Assembly: GCA_050084985.1 (NCBI GenBank)
Contig: JBITNC010000001.1
Location: forward strand, 90,768,001 to 90,832,000
Origin: Nageia nagi
Taxonomy: Eukaryota; Plantae; Pinophyta
Direction of reading: 5' to 3'
Length of the DNA stretch: 64,000 bases
This document shows positions 1 to 12,900 of this stretch, in pieces. The first letter of the stretch is position 1. Every line of letters begins with the position of its first letter. The position numbers and the translations under genes are program-made. The notes below the pieces were generated by a model. The model ran no database searches, was not told the origin of the DNA, and worked only from the letters and a program-made list of their open reading frames with translations.

Positions 1-1340
1 TCATGATTTGTATAACTTCATCATGGTATAAAAGAGTAGTAAGAGGATTACATATTATTTTATGTTGCAATGTTGGGCATACAAGCATATCTAGGTAATT
101 TGGCCAAGAAAGCTTCTAGTTCATAGTATATCGATTGAGCATCACACATGGTATAAATTTACATGGATGAGAAAGGTGACATGGGTCCACAAGAGTGTGG
201 AGGCATATCAAAAAGTGATATATGAGTTGATGGATGGTAAGTGATTTATTACATAATTTTGGTTGATTTTAGTGATTTGGTTGAGCTAAACTCTAATATA
301 CACTTTTTATTTGTAGGAGAGGTTATCTATAGGCCTCATGCAAGCTTACCATATTGGCCAAACAAGCTATGGGATGAATTGGTTTGATTAAGGACTCTTT
401 ATTATTTACAAATAAGGAAAATATTTTTTGAATCCTCCAATATTGAGAGGGTTAGGAGATAATTTTGCAAAAGATAAGGTATTTCTACTGAATGCAAGTT
501 TGTGGTGAGGATGAGTAGGTATAGGGAACATGACCCTAATTTGTTTGAGACTCCACCTAAGTGGGTACAAGAGTGCTTGGATCCTTAAGACCATGGTTTG
601 GGGAGTGATACAAATGATGAGGGAATTGAGGTATCTAATGGGCTTCAATTTGAACAAGAGTACCTAACATGGTATGCTAGATAAAGACTCTATCCTTTAG
701 GGTTATATAGATTGGAGAGGTTAGCAAAGGGAGAGGTAGATGAAGAGGAAGGTAAAGAGGAAGAAGAGGAGGAGTAGGTGGTGCATATGTAGGATGTGCC
801 TCATTAAGAAGAGCAAGATGGTTGGGATGTGTCGAGTGGTATTCCTATTGTAGAGACTTGGAAACAAATTATAAGTGAATTGAGTAAGTATTTTACTCTT
901 GTACCTACAAGTTAGTCCTTAAAAGAAATAATATGTAACTAACATGTATTCATTATTTTACTTTTATATATCAAATAAAATTTAACCTAGATTCTAACAA
1001 GGCCATAAGATAACATGCAGACAAGGAGATAGAAAGCTTGAAGGAGAAAATGAACACAAGGGATGGTGAGCTAGATGGACTAAAGTTGAGGCTATTAGCA
1101 TTGGATCAAGTTGTAGAGATATTACAAAAGACATGTGAAGCTTCGAATGATAAAGACATTCTAGGGATGATGGACCTTATGTTGGAGCACAACAAGAAGA
1201 TTGAAGATCTTACAAATGAGAAGTTATACCTATAGACTTAGCTTATGGATTTGGAGGAGAAAAATGGGATAAAGAGGCCTCATTTGAGTAGGAAAACCTC
1301 TAGGTCCAAGAGTGTTAAGAGTACTAGGAGCCACCGTGAT
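1..1340 (+). pseudogene. Decayed TE-associated gene, plant mobile domain (PMD/aminotransferase-like)-type, with acidic stretch and C-terminal coiled coil; 5' part lies outside the window
   Basis: Translated pieces VIYRPHASLPYW (~323) and EQEYLTWYAR (~652) resemble the PMD WrPY and eYmxWy motifs. GT-AG introns at ~237-316 and ~884-990, Glu-rich run at ~735-775, coiled-coil ORF 1038-1235. Many stops. Confidence 0.5.
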
Positions 1341-1605
1341 ACTACAAGCAATGTTAGTATAGGAAGCTAGTGTATTGAGTTGTTGGTTGGTTGTAAAGAT
1401 ATTGGCTCATCTTTTTTTATTAATATATTCAAGTTGTGACCTTATTTTGTTAATGTTTAATGTATGGCTATGTGATTTTTCCTTTAAGTTGATGTGTTAT
1501 TTAAGTTTTCAATTTGAAAGTAATGTAATTAATGTTGATTTTTAACTAAATATTATTATGTAAGAGGCAAAGATGACATGGAATAGTGGTTACATAAAGG
1601 AACTT

Positions 1606-1607
<2 letters not shown>

Positions 1608-1639
<32 letters not shown>
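1608..1639. repeat. (AT)n microsatellite
   Basis: Direct reading. Confidence 0.95.
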
Positions 1640-1642
<3 letters not shown>

Positions 1643-4446
1643 AATATATGATCCTAGTATGAGAACTAGTATTTTTGAGGGATAATGTGTTCAAGTTGTG
1701 TTTTAACTACTCATGGTTTGTAACATGACCATAGGAAATGAAGATGTTATCAAGCTAGGTGATTGGGAAATATAAGGCAAAAATGAACCCTAATGATAAA
1801 AATGAACCTAAGGAGAGATCCCAAAGGGACATAATGTTTAAAATAATGTAATAGTTAAGAAGTAACAAAAAATATGAACTATGTTAGAAAAGCTCCAAGG
1901 AACCTAGCATAGGCATTGGCATAAATGATGATAAATGACTCTAGCTATGGCCTCTTTATCACCAATTTGGTCCCCCCCAAATGTTTGGAAAAAAAATAAA
2001 GCACAATAGATATAAAAAACATCAAGTGTTCATGAGATGAAATATTTTTTTAAGGATAGAGAGACTTATCAAGGTATTAAGGGTTATCATTAGGAAGATG
2101 TGGGTGGACTCATTGCACTAATAGTTTTTGGTGATGGTCAGGGAGGACTAGCACATGCACTGGTAACATTGTTCATCTTGTATATATTCAATATTATTAA
2201 TTAGAATGTGGTTATCAACCTAAGCTTCTTGATGAAGAAAATATTGCAATGTAGTAGGTTAAGTAATATTTTCATTGATATTATGAATCATAATGATAAG
2301 CTCTTGGTTGATTCTTGGTCCTATATATAGAATAGAGACAACCAAAGGAACTAAAACCATTACTTTTGGTTGAGTTTTAACATCCTTGATAAGATTAGCA
2401 TTGGATCTAACATGAGAATTTGCATTAGGATCAAGGAGGAAAAATGCATGAATATTTGGCATAGGTGCAAACCTATTTGTGAGAAATCCTAGATTCATAT
2501 TTCTTGGTATAAGAGTCATATCATTAGGAGGTATATGGTCCTTGTACCTATTAGAATATCATAATATTTTTTGCTTTACCACTTATTCATCATTAAGTGC
2601 ATCAACTACATAAGCTTTTTCCTTAACTAGTAGCCCATTGAAAAGTTTAATGAATCTTTATTTATTTTCTTTGTAGCTCATGAATTTTTTGAATATTTTA
2701 TCATCACTCAATTGTGCAATGATCTCTTATTTAATTGTAAGAGTAAGTTGTTGATTCGATGGGGTCTAATATCCATCATTGTTAGAATGAACCCTCTGAT
2801 TTACTATCTTTACAGAACTATGAAATCTTTCTACAAAGCTCTCTTTATATAAAGTATTTTCATTAGCATCTTAGGTTATCTATCCATGTACATTTGTAGA
2901 TGGTTATTTTGTATGAATTCTCTCACTTTGGCATTGAACCATATTTAGTATAATAATATTTCTTCTTTTGGAATCTTTCTTAGCTAAAAGGTTAGTGGAA
3001 ATATTTGCATTATCATTGCTAGTAACAAAAAATATTATTGGAATATAATGCATGAATAAAACCCTTTATAGGTTTGACGTTACATTATAATTTAGAATGT
3101 AGCTTCAAAATAACCTTTATTCTAATCCTAATTAAGAGAAAGAAAATGCTATAAATAGGTGGGTACCATATGTTGATATGTTTTTTTGTACACCTAGGGT
3201 CTTCACCTAAATAAACTAAATACATAAAAATATTTAAGTATGTAGTATCTAAGTTATTTGACTCAAATAAACATACATGAATAAAAATAAATACAAAAAT
3301 ATGATATTTTAACAATAAAATTATATATTTTGTTGATATGAAGAAATAGAATGAATGCACATACTAAATATATGGAATGAAGTGTAATATAAATATTTGT
3401 TTCCTTACATATATTGAAGTTAAATCTATGTAGGATGAACTTGTCATTGAGATATGACCTTGATGTGTGAACCCCATATATAATATCAAAAAGGATCCAA
3501 CAAGGGTGCTTGGTATCAAGAGCTCAATGTGGGCATGTAGATGTGTTGACAAGTCAAAGCAAGCATATAATCACAAATATGGATGAAAAATATTTGCTCA
3601 AATAATAACAAGATTGCAATCTCAATAGGTTGAATTTAGAGACACCCAAGTGTAGCGTGCTAGCTATTAAGATATAATCTTGATATGCTTTCCCTCGGTT
3701 AGAGATACTTACATTTATATCAAGCATGATATCACCATTTGATCCCTTGTAAGAAGGATGAAGTTGTCTCGATGTACCTAACATAAAAATAAGAACACAA
3801 CTTGAGAAATATATGATAATAAGGTAAAATATGATTGGAATGTGATAAAGTGTAATTAAACATTTATGTAATATTACAACTAAATGGGACCATGTTAGTG
3901 GGACCACTTTTAGGTATCAACAAAATGGTTTTATATATTCTCATGTCAATCCAATTATTTTGTATATAAGGCCAATTTATGTGATCTTTCTCTTATATTT
4001 TATGATGAAATTATTGAAAATATTTTGCCAATATGTAGGCTCTACTCATTATATGCTAGATGATAGAGGATTAATAAAATCTCATGAGGAAACCTAAGAT
4101 ATTTCTATGTGGACTACATTGCAAGGATTTATATTACCATATAAGAAACTTGCCTAATTATTTTATCTTTATAAATTTAATGATAAATTTTGGTTCCTTA
4201 ACTCAAGCACTTTCCTTTTCTAATATTCAATAATTGCAACTTATATGAAACATTATTCTTTATATAAATCTATCTTGTTATTTTATTGATTATGATATAA
4301 CACTTTATGAAGACATTTATAGTTTTAGAAATGCATAATTGTCAAAAACCATGATCTTCTTTACAACATGATAGTTTGATGTTTAGAGGGATATTTAAGA
4401 CCATGTTATAAACTAACAATCCTTTTTTTTTTTTTTGGTGTTTAAA

Positions 4447-4572
4447 TATGCTCCATATTATATTATTTCAAATATTTATGATGAAGTGGGCAATTGGTAT
4501 GCTTTTCTAAGAGTAAGGACATTGATAAAAGATAGAGAATCAACAAGATAACTTGATCTAGTTAGATTGAAA
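4447..4572 (+). pseudogene. PPR E-domain fragment
   Basis: Translates to YYIISNIYDEVGNWYAFLRVRTLIKDR followed by a frameshifted, decayed SWIE-like end; paralogous to ~5690-5810. Confidence 0.8.
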
Positions 4573-4729
4573 TTGATAAAATATTATATACTTTTCTTGT
4601 AGTTTTCTCTTTCCTTTATCATTCTGTGTAGTCATTTTATTTTGAATCATTGTAGTATCTTATCCTATTTTTGCATCAGTCATTTAGGCCCAAATTGGAT
4701 GTGGTAATATTTTTATAGGTTGATGCGAT

Positions 4730-5524
4730 TTTTGCACTACCTATGGATAACTAGATCAAGAAATGTTTTAGGTGTAATTGGACCAAGTTTTCTATATTTA
4801 ACTACTAAAAAATATTGTCTAGATTTGATTATGAGAACCCTTTAGTTATAGAAGTCAAAATTCTAGCCTATAAGGCTTTCAAAAATTAATTTTTATTATA
4901 TAATTCATGTGAATTTGGTTTTCCTACTATGCACATAACATAAATGAGTTTCTTATATAAAAATTCATGACATGTTTCCAAGTTATTATTGCAAGGGACA
5001 TTATTTTGAGGGATGCAAACCAATTTCATCATTTCAAACATGGAGAATGCTCTTGTGGAGATTATTGTTGATACAAAGTAATGCAAGATATAAAGAGTAT
5101 TCAATAATGACATGTGCATGCTTTCAAGTAGAAAAGAAACTTTCTAAAAAGTGTTGTGATTAAATATTTTTACAAATAGATAATGTTGTTGATTGTAAAC
5201 ATCATATTATCAAGAGAATGTAAGTGCCTATTTATATCAATGTAGTATTTGTGAAAGCCTTATTTTTAATGCTACAAAGTCATTGTATTGAACTATTTTT
5301 CAATAATTTTATACAATTGTAGAGTGATGAAAATTTTGCACTATCCATGGATAACCATCCCAAGAATATTTTGGGTGGAATTAGACCATGTTTTGTATAT
5401 TTAACTACTAAAAATTATTTTATATATTTAATTATTGGAATTTTTTAATATAGAAGTAAAAATTCTAGTCTATAAGGATTTTAAAGATCAATTTTATTAT
5501 ATAATTCGTTTAAATTTGGTTTTC
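4730..5524. repeat. Dispersed direct repeat, ~190 bp (4730-4923 and 5334-5524); a second repeat pair lies at ~5150-5330 and ~5912-6090
   Basis: Both copies run TTTTGCACTA..ATGGATAAC...AATTTGGTTTTC; aligned by eye. Confidence 0.85.
4985..5071 (+). pseudogene. C-terminal fragment of a PPR DYW deaminase domain
   Basis: Reads [28 protein letters not shown], matching the canonical ..RDxxRFHHFxxGxCSCxDYW end (W>C). Confidence 0.9.
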
Positions 5525-5529
5525 ATGTA

Positions 5530-5812
5530 GGTTATCTTGAGGAAGATTTTATTTTCATTGTCAAGATTCCCATAAAATGTAAATTGGGTGTGTGGATGTG
5601 TATGGTTGGTTCTTGTATATTACATAAGAATGTAGGAATAGAGAAATTTGTGGCAATAATCCTTTTTTTGTTAGAGCCTAAATATGATCCATATTATATT
5701 CTTCTTGCAAATATTTATGCTAAAGTGGGTAGTTGGGATGATGTTCAAAGAGTAAGAACATTGATGAAAGATAGAGGAATCAAGAAGACACCTAGATGTA
5801 GTTGGATTGATT
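5530..5812 (+). pseudogene. PLS-class PPR fragment: last repeat plus E domain
   Basis: GYLEEDFIFIVKIPIK..VWMCMVGSCILHKN..LEP..YILLANIYAKVGSWDDVQRVRTLMKDRGIKKTPRCSWI (ORF 5584-5844); no upstream PPR array. Confidence 0.9.
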
Positions 5813-6024
5813 ATTTTCTAGATTTGATTATTGAAACTTGTTAATAATAAAATTGAAATGTTTGATCTCTATATATTTTATGTAAACTTGATTTTAATTC
5901 ATGTTTTTAAAAAATGTTGTTGTAAAATATTTGTACAAATTGATAATTTTGTTGATCATTGATATCATATTTTAAAGTGAATGTAATTTCCTTTGTATAT
6001 TGATGTAGTATTTGTGAAAAAATT

Positions 6025-6252
6025 ATTTTCCAATACTATAAAGTTATCATATTAAACTATTTTGTAGGAATCATTTATAATTGTAAAGTGAAGAGATGGA
6101 GAGGGAGGTGCAAGAATCACATGAAATAAGGAATACTAAGTATTTCTTCATTCATGTGATTCTTGTACCTCCCTCTCCATCTCTTCACTCTACAATTTTA
6201 TAGGATTCCTGAAAAATAGTTCAATATGATGAGTTTATAGTATTTGAAAAAT
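6025..6252. repeat. Long, nearly loop-less inverted repeat (fold-back), arms ~110 bp
   Basis: 6088-6125 GTGAAGAGATGGAGAGGGAGGTGCAAGAATCACATGAA pairs with 6151-6188 at 37/38 positions; centre at 6138; outer arms imperfect. Confidence 0.92.
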
Positions 6253-6622
6253 ATGCATAGCCTTTGTAATTATTACTAAGGTTTTTATATATTTTTTTAA
6301 ATAGTAAAGTTTTGAGGTGGTTTTAAACTACCTCTAAAAGGTTTTGGATGTAATTTTATAAGTTTTAGAGGTGGTTTTAAAACCCCTCCATAATTAATTT
6401 ATGCAAATATTTTTATTCACACTTAAATCCACTTTTCAAGTGATTTTTCAGTTTTACATTTGATGTGGTATTTTTGGACCCTATGGGGGTAGTTATAAAT
6501 TGCATCCATAAGGTATCGAATTTTGGTGGTTCCCACATAGATGATGGCTAGATAACCACAAAATAAAGGTTTACATGGTGGTTTAAAATCATCCACAAAG
6601 ACCCTTTTTATTCTATTGAGTG

Positions 6623-9020
6623 TTCATTTCCATCATGAAGAGATAAAGCTCCATAAATAATTTAATCAATCACTAAAGGAACATGATTTGGCAACTAAAT
6701 TAAGATAAAACATCAAGTATTAGAATAAAAAAAAGAATCCTACCAAGATAACCTATTCCATGAAGAATGAAAGGTCATGGAAGAAACAACCCATTGTTAT
6801 CCATGCAAAACTTGAACAATAAGCTTATGAAAAATATCATGATTGACCTAGGAGAAGATATCAATGTCATACCCTTATATAGATGGTGAAAACTAGGTTG
6901 TCCTCCATTATAAATAGAAAATTAAACTATAAATTTAGGTTATGGATATATTAACAAACCAAAGGAGATCCTCAAAATTATCATCATATCTCTCTTAAGG
7001 ATTGATTCACAAGTGAACTTTAATTTCATTAACATGACCAATAAGGAAAACCTGGTGTATACTACTTTGTTGGATATAGAATAATGTTTTAGGAAAAATT
7101 ATATCATAAATAGAAAAAGATAAGAAATGATAATATCAAATGAAAAGTATGAATGATATATCCTGTTAAACAAATGAATGGATCATGTCTATTCATATTT
7201 TCCAAATTTTCATAGTGATGATACTAAATTTGATAGTAGTGACTCTATGAAACTTAATGACCTTTATACATTTATTTCAAGCAAGGAGTGTGATGGATTA
7301 TAAGATTGCAATGATCTTATTGAAAATGGAAAATTAGATTTCATAATGACAACTTTGATGAAGACTCTAAGGTTACTGAGATGTTATGGAATAATAATTA
7401 GGAGTGCTTAAAAAGTGACCTTAAGTAAAAGAATATGTAAGGTAACCAAAGGTATCTTCCAAAGTATGATACTTATATATCATGGATTAATACCCCTAGG
7501 TGATTTTCTATGATATATGGAAAGAATTTTTACTAGCATATCAAGCAAAATCAAGGATTTAGATAACACTCTACTCACTACCTCCTCCAGATGGTCAAAC
7601 ACTATTAAAAGCTTCTTTAGATCTTAATATTAATTTACAAAATACATGAAATTATGATTTGAAATTTTACCTCTAAATGAAGACACCATAATATCTTACT
7701 ATTGTGATTCTATCCAATCAATACATATTCTACACTATGAGTACCATTGGAAATAACAAGGAATATAAAAAAATCACCTATGTTTATATTTTCTATTGGA
7801 CTTTAGGAACCATTTTGAGAGCATGGTATGTTAAAAAAGAACAAAGGACTACTTAAAATTAGAGAATTTCTATTATTACCCATATAATATGCTCAAATTA
7901 GATTTACTAGAATCCCTCAAAGTAGTACTAAGAAATTACTACTCAAATCACTAAAATAAGTGAACATGGTAAGTTTGGAAAAAAAATGAAGAAGATAGAT
8001 GATCTAAATCCTAATGATTCAAATAAAAAACTTAGAATTTGAAATACGAAGTTGATATAGTTGGAAGGGATGTAATCATATAAAAAATGATATTCACTCC
8101 ATATGATTTAGACTTGAAAACTACCAAAAGCAATAATGGTATAGCATCTAGAGCTAAAATTATGATTATCAGTGACTACTATATTGAAAGACAAGTAAAC
8201 AAGATCACTAAAATCCTAGTAGAGTGGCAATATTTGTTCCCTAGCAATTGCATTGAATTAAAAAGAATGAAGAAAGTCATCACGATGAACATATATTTTA
8301 AACTTAAGTACAAATTGGGGAAATCAAGGTCCTATCATTTAAATACAAATCTTAAACAAAAATTAAGGAAAAAAATCAACAAAATTCTTGAAGAAGACAT
8401 TATATCACCAAGAGATAATACTAATTAGATCAATCCCACGATGGTCCAATATAAGAAAATTAATTATATCAAGATATGTGTTGGTTTTAGAGAACTAAAA
8501 AAATCTTGTGAACACAATTAAGTTTTGACACCTTTCACTAAGGAAATACTAGAAAATGTTATTGGCTAGAAAGTATACTCCTTCCCTAATGGATTCTCAA
8601 GATACCATAAAGTGAAAATCTTTGAAGATCATCTAAAGACTATCTTCACTATTGAATGGAGATTTTATATGTATAATGTAATGCCATTTGGACTCAAATA
8701 ATGCACCTATTATATTTTATAAAATCATGATACACACCTTCACATAATTAATCCATAATTTCTTGGAAGTGTATCTTAATGATTGGACAAAAATTAAATG
8801 TTAAAAAGTCATATTCAAGTAATGACATTAATATTCAATTGATATCACTAACTACAAGTTATACCAAAATTGAAGAAATGTTTGTTCTCTACACTATATG
8901 GAATACTTTTGGGATGTATTATTTGTAAATAATGATTAATGATGGATAAAAAAAAGTTTTTATACTCTTGAACATACCACCACTAAAGATAGTTGAAAGA
9001 TAAAATATATTTTGGGATCA
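6623..9020 (+). mobile_element. Decayed Ty3/Gypsy pol remnant (aspartic protease and RT)
   Basis: Protease-like DLGEDINV (~6845); RT motifs F.NGFSRYHKVKI (~8582), MPFGLK.AP (~8681) and VYLNDWT (~8770, YxDD decayed); many stops and frameshifts. Confidence 0.85.
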
Positions 9021-9032
9021 ATAAGGGATTAT

Positions 9033-9425
9033 AGCTGATGATGTCAAAAGAATCTTTATCATGCAACATGAAAGGAAAAAGGCAAAATATCATACTTTAG
9101 AGTTGATGAAATTAGCAAGTAGATTACCATGATGCAACACTTAGAGGAAATATTGAAATGTTGTACTTCTCCATGGATTATGTTAGCAAAAATATTATAT
9201 TTCTTCAACATAGGAAAATAGGTAGAATGCTACAATTTACAAGCAATTATGTCAATAAGTATTTTCTTGAACCATGATAAGGAAGAAAAGTGGCACTACC
9301 ATACTTTTAGAGTGTTAACATCAACAACAAGATTTCCAAAGTGTAGCATAATAAAAAATGCACTAAGTACTATATGGAAATATAAATGATATTAATACAA
9401 GCTTGAAGAAAGTTAGACAAGGTAA
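9033..9425. repeat. Block of ~5 diverged ~68-70-bp tandem units, homologous to 15600-16000
   Basis: Recurring ..TGA(T/C)ATCA(A/G)CAAG...GGAAAA..GG..AAT..(C/T)A(T/C)A(C/A)TTT; both blocks end AAATG(C/T)ACTAAGTACTA.ATGGAAA. Confidence 0.7.
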
Positions 9426-9973
9426 TAAGCCATTGAATGTTAGGTGATGAGAATGATGACACCAACATGGAGTGGGAAGGAAAAACTAATACTTGAAGCA
9501 CCTTTGAAGGTGTGACATAATAAGAACTTGACTAAGTATCCTATGGCAAGAGTGATGATATCATCATGGAGTGAGAAGGCTTTGTTAGACATTGCAGGGT
9601 GCATCATGACATGATAAAGCATGAAAAAACATCTAGTGAGAAAAGAAAGCTCTTGGGAAGCCTAAACTATGCTTTTTAATGAAGATAGATTGGTCCATCA
9701 AGGCTTTTAAAGGCCTAAAAATAGATTCAAACAAGTGTAAGTATGGAAATTTGGTTTGGGCATGATTCCAATAATGAAAATATTAAAATTAATGAGCTAA
9801 GTCAAATACTTAAGGGATAAAACTTTTTTTGAGATACAAAAAGAGTAACAAAAATACAAACTAGAATATCTCAGTACTAAAAGAATAAAATAAGAATATT
9901 ATAAATACCCAAAAGCTAAAAATATGGACTTAATGATAAGAAATACCTCAAACTAATCTTCAATATGCTTGCA

Positions 9974-12900
9974 TGAAGAAGTTGAGTCATACATAATTTG
10001 TCAAATGAAGAGAATAAAATTAAAGAGTTGTAGAGAAAACACTATATTTTCTATTATGAGTGTTGAAATTAGTAGCATAAAATTATAATAATCTCTCCTC
10101 TTTCTAAAGGAATATTAATACCTATTTATACAAGCAAATAAATGGAGTACAGAAGACTCCTAAAAATTTGAAACATGTACAAAAATTTGTGAAAAGGTCA
10201 AAGAGTGTAGAATGCCATGTGCCTCATTAGAAGATCAAATTGTGAGCATTAAATATTAACTAAATGCTTGTAAAAGAATTAAATATTGATAGTGTGAACA
10301 AAGCATATAGTATCAGTCATTAGTGCAGAGTGAATAAGAGTAATTAACATGGAGTGTCCAGAGGTCATTGGCATGAAGAACCTATTCATGTAAAAATGAA
10401 GTCAACCTAAGAAGATAAATTCCTTCATTCTCCCCCTTAATGTGAATGGGTTGAATTCCAATATGATTCTAAAGATTGAGGAAGTGATCATTTGATAAGG
10501 ATTTGGTGAAGATATTTGTGAGTTGATCATCAATGGGATAAATGTTGAATTTATGGAAGCTATCATTAACCAAGTATCTCATAAAATAGTTTCAAATATC
10601 TATGTGATTACTCCTTCTATGAAACACTAGATTCTTAGTCATGGAAATGGTGTTGGTGTTATCATAGTGGATGGGAAGGGAATGTGAAAGTTTTATCCTA
10701 AATTCTCAAACAACTAAGCCATTTAAATGACTTAGGTGCAAGTAGAAGAGGTAGCTATATATTCTTATTTTGTAGTGGAAAGAGAACTTATCAGTTGCTT
10801 CTTGTTGCTCTATGAGATGAGGGATTCATCAAAGAAGAAAATATACTTGAAGGTTCTATTCATTCCATAAAGTTTTTTGGCCTAATCAACATCTATATAT
10901 GCCTCTAAAGTATCAAAATCAGTAGAATTATAACATAGACCAAAGGATTTGGTGCTAGACACATATCAAAGAATCCTTTAGCTACTTTCAATTGGGATTC
11001 ATGAGGTGAATGCATAAATTTGGATACTAGAATAACAACATTTGAATATTATATTAGTTTGGGTAGCTATGAGATACATCAAACTACCAACAAGTGACAT
11101 GTATAGGGTTGGATTAACCAGGGGTGTATAATCCTCCTTTAGCAATTTACAACCTACAATCATGGAGCACCAAAAGGTTTGTAATATTTTATTAAGAATT
11201 TGGTAAACATATCATCAAAATATTTGGTATGTGTGATGAAGTTATTGTTGGATGACTATTGAAATTGCATTCCCAAAAAATATTGCATGTCATCCAGACC
11301 ATGCATCACAAATTTAGTAATGATGGCAATCTTAAAATATCAGAGCATGGAAGAAGAAATCATAAAAATAATATCATCAACATAGAGATAAATGATGATA
11401 TAGTTACCATTAGATACCTTTTTGTATAACGTGTTTTCTATAGATAATATTTGATAGCCATTTTGATGGAAGTAGGTGTTAATCTAGGATTACCAAGTGT
11501 AGGGGGGCTTTCTTCAGCCCATAAAGAGCTTCCTTGAGCTGGTACAATTTGTCCTCATGGATGATGATGGTGAATCCTTATGGTTGACTCATGTATACTT
11601 CTTATTACATGTATATATTCAAGAAGGATAATATTACATCCAATCAATACATAGTAAGTTCAAAATGAGATGTAAGAGAAAGAAGATATTTGACTATCTC
11701 AAGTTTGGTAATTGGTACAAATGTCTCTTCATAATCCAGTTGCTACCAAGTAGGCTTTATGTTTGATAATTATTCCATAACAATTATGTTTCAAATTATA
11801 AATCCATTTTAATATAATTATATTCTCATTATATAGAGGAGGGAAAATATCTCAAGAGTCATTCTTATAGATTTGCTATATCCTTTTTCTAGTCTACATT
11901 TTTTGTTTCTTCTTTGAAGTTGGAAAGCCCAATGAGTGAGAATGATATCAAAGAATAGTTGTTAATTTGATCACTCCCCCTTAATTATTTTTGGATCATT
12001 CTTTTTGTGAAATCAAAATCCAACATCTAAGACTATGGATGATCCCATGCAAGTGTTATCTTGTAAGGAGGAGGAGTAGTTGGGGGTTGGGAGGTTTTGG
12101 GTGGGAAGGATATTGGGGCTCTATTAGATCAAAGAAATAAGTATATTCAAACTTAGGAATGATTCTAGAAGTATTATATTCCTTGGTATAAATACCCTTT
12201 TCATTGAAAATCATATCCCAGGTGATGTGCAACTTACTGAAGACTATATCATAGCACCTATAGGCTTTGGACTCATATGAGTATCCCATAAAGATACACT
12301 TAATGGATTTTTCATCTAATTTTTACCTATTCTCCTAAGGAATATGCACATATAAAGTGGAACCATATATCATTAAATGATATATACTTGGTTTTTTACT
12401 AAGCCAAGCCTTGGTCAAGAAGTGATTTAAGAGATAAATAGTAGTGTGAAAACCTTTTCCTTATAATTTGTTATCCAAGCTCATCTCCTTCAACATGCAT
12501 TAGGTTATTTCAATAATCATCTGGTTCTTCTATTCTATAATGTCATTCTATTAAGAAGTGTAGGCAACTATGTATTTCTGCTTGATCCCATATTGATTAT
12601 AGTAGTCCTTGAAGTCATCAAAAATGAATTCACTACCCCTATCTATCCAAAACTTCTTTAAAGTATACCTGGATTGGGTATCAACCAATGCTTTGAACTT
12701 GAAAAAGAAATAAAAAGCATCAAATTTTAACTATAATAACCAACTCATGTAAGAATAATCATCAATAAAAATTAGCATATACCTACACTTAGAAATGTTG
12801 GAAGTTTTCATAGCATCATAAATATCTACATACATTAGTTCTAAGGGCACCTTGGCATGATGTAGGTGGGTGCGAAAGTTTTCATGATGATTTTTCCCAT

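Larger units (their letters stand above)
4410..6622 (+). mobile_element. Probable non-autonomous CACTA-like element carrying PPR fragments; left boundary not found
   Basis: Right end TTTTTATTCTATTGAGTG (to 6622) is one base off a reversed CACTA TIR. It is preceded by subterminal palindromes such as GAGGTGGTTTTAAACTACCTC at ~6315 and similar copies at ~6368 and ~6578. No left TIR or TSD identified. Confidence 0.45.

Noticed and set aside
2000-4300. Possible gag-like or transposase remnants
   Set aside because: Looks like decayed TE sequence, but I could not identify any diagnostic motif
5584-5844. Functional PPR gene
   Set aside because: Only an isolated E-domain piece; no PPR array or targeting peptide, and the DYW tail lies upstream
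9033-9425. CRISPR-like repeat-spacer array (also 15600-16000 and 50110-50370)
   Set aside because: Units are diverged along their whole length with no constant repeat/unique spacer pattern; eukaryotic context, no cas genes
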